From Comamonadaceae bacterium (GTDB lineage Bacteria; Pseudomonadota; Gammaproteobacteria; Burkholderiales; Burkholderiaceae_C): a DNA stretch of 64,000 nucleotides. The stretch covers positions 1,591-65,590 of the forward strand of contig CANHLD010000001.1 of NCBI GenBank assembly GCA_947461325.1. Reading direction: 5' to 3'. Under the pieces are notes generated by a model, which worked only from the letters and a program-made list of their open reading frames with translations, was not told the DNA's origin and made no database searches. This document shows positions 56,357 to 64,000 of the stretch, piece after piece. Made by a program: the position numbers and the translations under genes. How positions within the stretch are numbered: the first letter of the stretch is position 1; each line of letters starts with the position of its first letter.

Positions 56357-57009
56357 TGCCATCTAAAGTCCCCGTCCTTTTGATTCAAATTATTTGCATT
56401 TCACTGCTTGCTGGGCTTACTCATGCAGGCATGGCTCATGCACAATCTGAAAATTCTGGCCACGGATCTGCTGCCTCAATAAAAAAAACTCCACCAGTTG
56501 TTTCCCATGAAGCTGAGCCTAAGTGGGCTGAATTAAGCCCAAACCAGCAACAGATTCTTCAACCGCTTCAAAATTTGTGGCCCTCTCTGGAAGAAAACCG
56601 CAAACGCAAGTGGCTGGCAATAGCAAAAAACTTCCCCACACTTAACCCGCAGGCACAAGCTACTGCACAAGAGAGAATGCGCGAATGGGCGGCACTCACA
56701 CCTTCTCAGCGTTATCAGGCGAGGTTGCACTTTACCCAATCACAACAACTCAGCAATGATGAGAAATTAGCTAAATGGGAAGAATATCAATCCCTGAATG
56801 AGGAAGAGAAACACAAGCTGAATCAACCCAAACCCGTGTTACCCAAAGGTGCGGCTATGGTTCCTCGACCTGTATCTCCTGCAAAACTCACAACAACGCC
56901 TGTGATTAAAAAAGAAGGTCAAGAAAAACCTCCTCGCATAGAAACCGCTGAAGTTGATCCTCTCACATTGCTACCCATTAGAAAACGCGTTTCATCAGAC
57001 AAGCAATGA
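56353..57009 (+). CDS. DUF3106-like exported protein
   Basis: Signal peptide; W.EL...Q..L.PL...W..L...RKRKW repeats, RMREWAAL. Confidence 0.75.
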   Translation: MMPSKVPVLLIQIICISLLAGLTHAGMAHAQSENSGHGSAASIKKTPPVVSHEAEPKWAELSPNQQQILQPLQNLWPSLEENRKRKWLAIAKNFPTLNPQAQATAQERMREWAALTPSQRYQARLHFTQSQQLSNDEKLAKWEEYQSLNEEEKHKLNQPKPVLPKGAAMVPRPVSPAKLTTTPVIKKEGQEKPPRIETAEVDPLTLLPIRKRVSSDKQ

Positions 57010-57539
57010 CTCCATCTACCGATCAAACCAGCACTGCTTCAGGTTTGATTTCCACACCTTCCTTGTTAAGAAGAATGAGTTGCTGGCTATACGAAGGCTT
57101 GTTGTTGTTTGCAGTCGTTTTCATGGCCGGTTATTTATTCAGTACGCTCACGCAAACTAGGCATGCGCTGCAAAACAGACTTGGGCAGCAGGTGTTTATT
57201 TTTCTTGTTCTGGGGTTGTATTTCACTTGGTTCTGGCACAAAGGTCAGACTTTGGCCATGAAAACTTGGCACATACGTGTGGTGGATTTGGCTGGGCAAC
57301 CTCTTCAACATCACAGAGCTTTGCTGAGATATGTATTTAGTTGGGTTTGGTTTATACCTCCGCTGGTGCTTTTTCAATTCATGAATGTTCCCCTGACAGT
57401 GACATTGCTCGCATGCCCTGTGTGGATTTTTTTGTGGGCTGGTTCAAGTTTTTTGCACAAAGACCGTCAGTTTTGGCATGACCATTGGGCTGGCACAAGA
57501 TTGATGGATGTACGCCCCCTCAAAATTGAAGCTGCGTAA
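57006..57539 (+). CDS. RDD family membrane protein
   Basis: RRM...YE, GQTLAMKTW.IRV, QFWHD..AGT. Confidence 0.85.
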   Translation: MTPSTDQTSTASGLISTPSLLRRMSCWLYEGLLLFAVVFMAGYLFSTLTQTRHALQNRLGQQVFIFLVLGLYFTWFWHKGQTLAMKTWHIRVVDLAGQPLQHHRALLRYVFSWVWFIPPLVLFQFMNVPLTVTLLACPVWIFLWAGSSFLHKDRQFWHDHWAGTRLMDVRPLKIEAA

Positions 57540-57570
57540 ACTTAGCCATCTATTTTGTGTGCTTTCCATC

Positions 57571-58158
57571 ATGACACCTGCTTTTTCAATTTGCGTTTAT
57601 TGCGGATCTCGCCCAGGCACTGAGCCCTCATTCGTTCAAGCCGCAACCGTTGTCGGTCATTGGATCGGTTCTCGTCATGGACAACTTGTTTATGGCGGCG
57701 GCGGCGGCGGTTTGATGGGTACTGTGGCAAAAGCCACTAAATCTTCAGGCGGCAGAGTCATAGGCGTGATACCCCATGCACTGGCTGAAAAAGAATCCGT
57801 CAATGACGACGGTTGCGATGAACTGCACATGGTCGACAACATGCACCAACGCAAGTTCATGATGGCAGAGCGGGCAGACGCATTTCTGGCTTTGCCCGGC
57901 GGCATCGGCACATTCGAAGAGCTTTTTGAAGTATGGACCTGGCGGCAGTTAGGCTTTCACAATAAGCCTATCGGCTTGCTCAATGTCGATGGTTATTACG
58001 ATGGCTTGCTGGCCTTTATGCAAAACACCGTTGACAAAGGATTTGTCTCAGACTGGCAAATGGATTTTGTGTATCAATCCAACAGCGTTGAGACATTGCT
58101 ACCCAAACTGGTGGAATCCGCAGGCTTGGCAAAGGCTGAGGGCATGAAAGCCATCTAA
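57571..58158 (+). CDS. LOG family nucleotide monophosphate nucleosidase (TIGR00730-like)
   Basis: CVYCGS, VYGGG..GLMG, MHQRK, LPGGIGTFEE. Confidence 0.92.
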   Translation: MTPAFSICVYCGSRPGTEPSFVQAATVVGHWIGSRHGQLVYGGGGGGLMGTVAKATKSSGGRVIGVIPHALAEKESVNDDGCDELHMVDNMHQRKFMMAERADAFLALPGGIGTFEELFEVWTWRQLGFHNKPIGLLNVDGYYDGLLAFMQNTVDKGFVSDWQMDFVYQSNSVETLLPKLVESAGLAKAEGMKAI

Positions 58159-58218
58159 GCGCACAGCTTTGCAATCAATCAACGTCCGGTTGACGAACTG
58201 ACAAAACCTATAGCTATC

Positions 58219-58569
<351 letters not shown>

Positions 58570-58589
58570 CTATGACTGAAATGGCCTGA

Positions 58590-60254
58590 TCAGGCACGAA
58601 AAAGACTGGTTATAGGATAACGCCAATCTTTCCCAAAGCCACGATGGGTTATACGTACCCCGATGGGAGATTGACGACGTTTGTATTCATTGATGCGAAT
58701 CAATCGGATGACTTGATCCACAGCTGAACGGGCGAAACCAGCGTCTTCTATTTCTTGCTGGCTTTGGTCTTGTTCCATGTAGCGCTCGACGATAGCGTCA
58801 AGTACGTCATAGGGCGGCAAACTGTCTTGGTCGGTCTGGTCTTCGCGCAGTTCAGCGCTGGGTGCGCGGGTAATGATGCGCTCTGGAATAGGCGATATGC
58901 AGGTGTTGTAGGGATCGTGCTTATTACGCCATTGCGCCAATTGATAAACCAATGTCTTAGAAACATCTTTGATCACGGCAAAACCACCAGCCATGTCGCC
59001 ATACAAAGTGCAATAGCCTGTCGCCATTTCGCTTTTGTTTCCTGTGGTCAGCACGATAGAACCATGTTTGTTTGACATGGCCATGAGCAAAGTGCCGCGA
59101 ATACGCGCTTGGATATTTTCTTCTGTGGTGTCTATGGGCTTTCCTTGAAAGTCAGGCGCCAGCGTTTTTAAAAATTCATTGAACATAGGCACGATAGACA
59201 ACTCGTCATAGCGCACCTGCATACGCTGAGCCATGTCTCTGGCATCAGTCAAGCTGATACCGGCGGTATAGGGTGAAGGCATCATCACAGCACGCACCCT
59301 GTCTGCGCCTAATGCATCGACCGCAATCGCCATCACCAAAGCTGAATCAATGCCGCCCGACAGACCCAGCAACACAGAAGGAAATCTGTTTTTACCAATG
59401 TAGTCACGCACACCCAACACCAAGGCGTGCCAGACTTCTGAAAAAGCATCTTCGATGTCGTGAACCGTGGCCCGCAGATGCAAATGCCCGGTTTCAGCAC
59501 TGCAAGTCACAGTGAATAAATCTTCAGCAAATGAAGGTGCACGTCCGGCCAGTTCGCCACTTGCTTGCAAGGCGAATGACCGACCTTCAAACACCACTTC
59601 ATCTTGACCACCTACCAAGTGGGCATACACCAAAGGCAATCCGGTCGCCTTTGAACGTGCTTGCATGGCTTGCTCGCGTTCGCTGCTTTTACCTCGGTGA
59701 AACGGTGAAGCGTTCATCACCACCAGCATTTGAGCACCAGACTCGCGAGCATCTAAAGCGGGCTGATCAAACCACGCGTCTTCGCATATCAACAAACCAA
59801 TTGCGATGCCATGGGCGTGAAACACGCAAGCTTCATGACCAGGTATGAAATAGCGGCGCTCATCGAACACTTGGTAATTGGGCAGTTCACGTTTGGCGTA
59901 ACTGGCTACCAGCTTGCCTTCGCTGAAAACAGAGGCCATATTGAAACGCTGTTGCACCGCGACAGAGCGCGTGCGTTTGTCGTCGCCGCTGGGATGCCCG
60001 ACCACCACAAACATATCTTTTAAATCAGCAAGTTCCTGTTGCACAAGTGAGACTGCATCCTGACATGCTTTGATGAATGAAGGCCGCAAAAACAAGTCTT
60101 CTGCCGCGTAGCCGCAAATCGATAACTCTGGCGTAACTAAGAGCCTGACACCTTGCTGGTAAGCCGTGCGGGCGGCGTCAATGATTTTGCGTGCATTGCC
60201 CGTCATGTCACCGACGGTGAAATTAAGCTGGGCTACACTGAGTTGAAGCGTCAT
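58590..60254 (-). CDS. nadE: glutamine-dependent NAD+ synthetase
   Basis: Nitrilase domain (PEL, K.ELPNY, ICEDAW) plus SGGIDS, ENIQARIR, PSAEL. Confidence 0.96.
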   Translation of the reverse strand: MTLQLSVAQLNFTVGDMTGNARKIIDAARTAYQQGVRLLVTPELSICGYAAEDLFLRPSFIKACQDAVSLVQQELADLKDMFVVVGHPSGDDKRTRSVAVQQRFNMASVFSEGKLVASYAKRELPNYQVFDERRYFIPGHEACVFHAHGIAIGLLICEDAWFDQPALDARESGAQMLVVMNASPFHRGKSSEREQAMQARSKATGLPLVYAHLVGGQDEVVFEGRSFALQASGELAGRAPSFAEDLFTVTCSAETGHLHLRATVHDIEDAFSEVWHALVLGVRDYIGKNRFPSVLLGLSGGIDSALVMAIAVDALGADRVRAVMMPSPYTAGISLTDARDMAQRMQVRYDELSIVPMFNEFLKTLAPDFQGKPIDTTEENIQARIRGTLLMAMSNKHGSIVLTTGNKSEMATGYCTLYGDMAGGFAVIKDVSKTLVYQLAQWRNKHDPYNTCISPIPERIITRAPSAELREDQTDQDSLPPYDVLDAIVERYMEQDQSQQEIEDAGFARSAVDQVIRLIRINEYKRRQSPIGVRITHRGFGKDWRYPITSLFRA

Positions 60255-61431
60255 GGATGAAATGCAAAAAAAGCTGAACGATTATGGCATCAGGGTGAAT
60301 CATCACCCTGCCGATATACCTGCCGCCGCATGGGATGCGTTGCTGTCAGTGCAAGACTGCCCTAGCCCTTTCATGCAGCACGCTTATTTGAGCGCCATGC
60401 ACGATAGCGGGAGCGCCATCACCTCAACAGGATGGACCGCACGGTTTTTTTCGCTTTGGCACCATGATCAATTGGTGGCTGCTTGTCCTCTTTACTTGAA
60501 AAAACACTCTTACGGCGAATATGTGTTTGACTGGGCTTGGGCCAATGCTTACAACCAACACGGTTTGAACTATTACCCCAAGGCCTTGATTGCAGTGCCA
60601 TTCACACCAGTGCCAGGCTCGCGTTTGTTAGCTGACAGTGATGAGCATCGCGATATGTTGTTGCAAGCTGTCCTGTCTTGGTGTGCAGAAGAAGAACTGT
60701 CGTCACTGCATTTGCTTTTTGGCAGCAGCAAGGACATGGCAGCTTGCGAAAGAGCAGGTTTGTTGCAACGACAAACCGTGCAATTCCATTGGCAGAACCT
60801 AGGTTGGTCAGACTTTGATGGATTTCTTGGCAGCCTGAACCAAGAGAAACGTAAAAAAATCCGTCAGGAAAGACGCAAAGTGAGCGAGGCCGGTGTCGTC
60901 TTCAGACACTCACACGGTGCGGCCATCAACGAAGCAGACTGGCGTTTTTTCTACGAGTGTTACGAACGCACTTACCTCGAACATGGAAATGCGCCATACC
61001 TCACGCCGGATTTTTTCCATCGCATGCGCACAGACATGTCGCAAAACTGGTTGCTGTTTATCGCTGAACGCAACGGTGAACCGATAGCCAGCAGTTTGAT
61101 TGGCATACACGGACTAGGCAGCGCGCATGCAGTCGCTTACGGTCGCTATTGGGGCGCTTTAGAACGCGTCGATTGTTTGCATTTCGAGGCTTGCTATTAC
61201 CAGCCGTTGCAATGGTGTATTGCCAATGGCGTGCAGCGATTTGAAGGCGGTGCACAAGGGGAACACAAAATGGCGCGCGCTTTGATGCCAGTCAGCACAC
61301 ACAGTTCGCATTGGTTGGCTGACGAACGTTTTTCTAAAGCGGTAGAAGAATTTTTAAACCGCGAGGGTCGAGGCATGGATAACTACCTCGAACACCTCGA
61401 CGAACGCAATCCGTTCAAACGCAGCGCATGA
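60253..61431 (+). CDS. GNAT/FemAB-like protein (DUF482 type)
   Basis: HSYGEYVFDWAWA, PFTPVPG, YGRYWG, LHFEACYY, GAQGEHK. Confidence 0.88.
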   Translation: MDEMQKKLNDYGIRVNHHPADIPAAAWDALLSVQDCPSPFMQHAYLSAMHDSGSAITSTGWTARFFSLWHHDQLVAACPLYLKKHSYGEYVFDWAWANAYNQHGLNYYPKALIAVPFTPVPGSRLLADSDEHRDMLLQAVLSWCAEEELSSLHLLFGSSKDMAACERAGLLQRQTVQFHWQNLGWSDFDGFLGSLNQEKRKKIRQERRKVSEAGVVFRHSHGAAINEADWRFFYECYERTYLEHGNAPYLTPDFFHRMRTDMSQNWLLFIAERNGEPIASSLIGIHGLGSAHAVAYGRYWGALERVDCLHFEACYYQPLQWCIANGVQRFEGGAQGEHKMARALMPVSTHSSHWLADERFSKAVEEFLNREGRGMDNYLEHLDERNPFKRSA

Positions 61432-61432
61432 A

Positions 61433-61969
61433 TTAAGCGTGCTGCTTGCGGTAATTCGCAATGCCTTCTTCAATTTCCTGCATGGCTGACTCTGGGCCTT
61501 CCCAACCCAGAATCTTCACCCATTTGCCTTGCTCTAAATCTTTGTAATGTTCAAAGAAATGGGCAATGGTTTTCAAGCGCATGGGGTTCATGTCTTCAGG
61601 CTTTTGCCATTGGGTGTAAATGGACAAAATTTTGTCAGTCGGTACAGCCAGCACTTTGCCGTCCATACCTGCTTCGTCTTCCATTTTCAAAATGCCAATC
61701 GGGCGGCAAGTCACGACCACACCTGGAATCAGTGGCACCGGTGTGATCACCAACACATCCACAGGGTCGCCATCGCCACTGATGGTTTTGGGCACATAAC
61801 CATAGTTGGTCGGATAGTGCATGGAAGTGCTCATAAAGCGGTCCACAAAAATCGCGCCGGTTTCCTTGTCGACTTCGTATTTGATCGGGTCCGCATTCAT
61901 GGGTATTTCAATGATGACATTGAATTCATGGGGAGTTTTGTTTCCAGCGGTGACGTTATCTAATGACAT
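61433..61969 (-). CDS. ppa: soluble inorganic pyrophosphatase (family I)
   Basis: [29 protein letters not shown]. Confidence 0.97.
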   Translation of the reverse strand: MSLDNVTAGNKTPHEFNVIIEIPMNADPIKYEVDKETGAIFVDRFMSTSMHYPTNYGYVPKTISGDGDPVDVLVITPVPLIPGVVVTCRPIGILKMEDEAGMDGKVLAVPTDKILSIYTQWQKPEDMNPMRLKTIAHFFEHYKDLEQGKWVKILGWEGPESAMQEIEEGIANYRKQHA

Positions 61970-62099
61970 GGCAATGTTTTCGAAAAAAGAAATAATTAAA
62001 AAAAAATCACACTGAAATATCAGTACTTACCCTGAGTTTACTTTGTTCTGACGCAGCAATTTCAAAGAACGGTAAAGCGAATGACGTACATTCACGGAG

Positions 62100-62205
62100 T
62101 TGGCCAATCACGCTCTGTCGAGTGCGTGAGGAAGCAACGCAAAGGTGGGGCAAAAAACCTTTGAACGTTGCCCCTCCTCTTCGCGAAACAACTCAAGGAG
62201 ATCTT
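62100..62205 (+). promoter_or_regulatory. structured 5' leader of hppA with alternative stems
   Basis: Several long, mutually exclusive complementary segments plus an anti-SD (see findings). Confidence 0.45.
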
Positions 62206-64000
62206 ATGACTGGTTCTACAGCGCTGTTATTTGCGCTAGCGTGCGGCCTCATCGCCGTGATTTATGGGTTCTGGGCCCGCAGCTGGATTCTTTCCCAAGA
62301 CGCAGGCAATGCCCGCATGCAAGAAATTGCTGCTGCCATTCAAACCGGCGCAGCTGCTTATCTGGCACGGCAATACAAAACCATCGCCATGGTCGGCGTG
62401 GTTCTGGCTGTGCTTATTGCGGTTGTCTTAGACCCGTTAAGTGCCGGCGGCTTCGTTCTCGGCGCAGTGCTTTCAGGTGCATGCGGTTTCATCGGCATGA
62501 ATATTTCTGTCCGCGCCAATGTGCGTACCGCTCAAGCCGCTACCAAAGGTATCGGCCCCGCGTTGGATGTTGCCTTCCGTGGCGGCGCCATCACCGGCAT
62601 GCTGGTGGTTGGTTTGGGTTTGCTTGGGGTCACCGGTTTTTACTGGTACCTGACTGCTGGCGGCGTGCCCGCTGACGGCAAAGCGCTGGCTGGCTTGCTC
62701 AACCCATTGGTGGGTTTTGCATTCGGTTCATCTTTGATTTCTATCTTCGCGCGTTTGGGCGGCGGCATCTTCACCAAAGGCGCTGACGTCGGCGCTGACC
62801 TAGTGGGCAAAGTTGAAGCCGGTATTCCTGAAGATGACCCGCGCAACCCAGCCGTGATTGCCGACAACGTCGGTGACAACGTCGGTGACTGCGCCGGTAT
62901 GGCCGCTGACTTGTTCGAAACCTATGCAGTGACCTTGATCGCCACCATGGTGTTAGGTGCGATGCTGGCCGGTACCGCTGGTCCGAACATGGTGCTGTAC
63001 CCGCTGGTGCTCGGCGGCGTGTCCATCGTGGCATCCATCATCGGTTGCTTCTTCGTCAAAGCCAGCCCCGGTATGACCAATGTGATGCCTGCGCTTTACA
63101 AAGGCTTAGCTGTCTCCGGCATCTTGTCGTTGATCGCTTTTTACTTTGTGACCCAATCAATGTTCCCCGGATCCGTGGCTTTGCCTGATGGCACCGCTTT
63201 GACCGCCGGTAAATTATTTGGCACCTGCGCCATCGGCTTGATTTTGACCGGCGCGCTGGTCTGGATCACCGAGTACTACACCGGCACGCAATACGCACCG
63301 GTGCAACACATCGCACAAGCATCAACCACCGGCCACGGCACCAACATCATTGCAGGCTTAGGCGTTTCCATGCGCTCTACCGCTTGGCCAGTGCTGTTTG
63401 TCTGTGCAGCCATTTACAGCGCCTTTGACTTGGGCGGTTTGTACGGCATCGCTATCGCTGCTACTTCCATGCTGAGCATGGCTGGTATCGTGGTTGCGCT
63501 GGACGCCTACGGCCCCATTACCGACAACGCCGGTGGCATTGCCGAAATGGCTGAGTTGCCTGCCAGCGTGCGCGACATCACCGACCCGCTGGACGCGGTG
63601 GGTAACACCACCAAAGCCGTGACCAAAGGCTACGCCATCGGTTCTGCCGGTCTGGCCGCGCTGGTGCTGTTTGCAGACTACACCCACAAGCTCGAAGGCT
63701 TGGGCGCGCACATCAAGTTTGACTTGAGCGACCCCAAAGTCATCATCGGTTTGTTCATCGGCGGTTTGATTCCTTACTTGTTCGGTGCGATGGCGATGGA
63801 GGCCGTGGGCCGCGCCGCTGGCGCGGTGGTGGTGGAAGTGCGCCGCCAGTTCAAGGAAATCAAAGGCATCATGGACGGTACCGGTAAGCCCGAGTACGAC
63901 ACTGCGGTTGATATGTTGACCACAGCGGCCATCAAAGAAATGATGATCCCCAGCTTGTTGCCAGTCGTCGCACCCATCGTGGTCGGCTTGGTCCTTGGCC
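62206..64000 (+). CDS. hppA: membrane-bound proton-translocating pyrophosphatase, K+-independent type (runs off window)
   Basis: Manual translation [14 protein letters not shown]...; [57 protein letters not shown] (Lys at the K+-independence position); SD AGGAG. Confidence 0.95.
   Translation, partial: MTGSTALLFALACGLIAVIYGFWARSWILSQDAGNARMQEIAAAIQTGAAAYLARQYKTIAMVGVVLAVLIAVVLDPLSAGGFVLGAVLSGACGFIGMNISVRANVRTAQAATKGIGPALDVAFRGGAITGMLVVGLGLLGVTGFYWYLTAGGVPADGKALAGLLNPLVGFAFGSSLISIFARLGGGIFTKGADVGADLVGKVEAGIPEDDPRNPAVIADNVGDNVGDCAGMAADLFETYAVTLIATMVLGAMLAGTAGPNMVLYPLVLGGVSIVASIIGCFFVKASPGMTNVMPALYKGLAVSGILSLIAFYFVTQSMFPGSVALPDGTALTAGKLFGTCAIGLILTGALVWITEYYTGTQYAPVQHIAQASTTGHGTNIIAGLGVSMRSTAWPVLFVCAAIYSAFDLGGLYGIAIAATSMLSMAGIVVALDAYGPITDNAGGIAEMAELPASVRDITDPLDAVGNTTKAVTKGYAIGSAGLAALVLFADYTHKLEGLGAHIKFDLSDPKVIIGLFIGGLIPYLFGAMAMEAVGRAAGAVVVEVRRQFKEIKGIMDGTGKPEYDTAVDMLTTAAIKEMMIPSLLPVVAPIVVGLVLG

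Noticed and set aside
57692-57711. (GGC)n run in the LOG gene
   Set aside because: It encodes the family's glycine-rich YGGG motif in frame; no sign of a contingency locus.
62145-62675. 176-aa plus-strand ORF and the minus-strand ORFs in 62.6-64 kb
   Set aside because: Off-frame or antisense shadows of the GC-rich hppA gene.

Overview
Mostly core chromosome of a Betaproteobacterium. Gene order and protein sequences point to Comamonadaceae (Limnohabitans/Rhodoferax-like; inference). It carries folP-ftsH-rlmE-yhbY-greA-carBA, the rpsB-tsf-pyrH-frr-cdsA-dxr-bamA-skp-lpxD-fabZ-lpxA-lpxB-rnhB superoperon, rnr, rimO, phaR, relA, ispDF, mfd, serB, uvrC, aat/bpt, leuA-pssA-psd-ilvCNB, an ECF sigma operon, glnB-nadE, ppa and a partial hppA, plus tRNA-Leu(CAG) and tRNA-Val(GAC). 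I saw no CRISPR array, prophage or IS element. The best candidate for an undescribed system is a ~4 kb accessory islet (40.3-44.2 kb). It holds a coupled SAM methyltransferase, beta-hydroxyacid dehydrogenase and HemL-like class III aminotransferase, divergent from a HIT protein with a broken catalytic triad (HxNxQ) and an orphan lipoprotein. Other points of note: uppS and rseP are missing from the superoperon, with a possible rseP relic; rnr has no canonical start codon before its conserved N-terminus; hppA has a switch-like leader; leuA has a Leu attenuator; several mRNAs look leaderless; and GC content is strongly mosaic. All family assignments come from motif recognition by eye, not from database searches.
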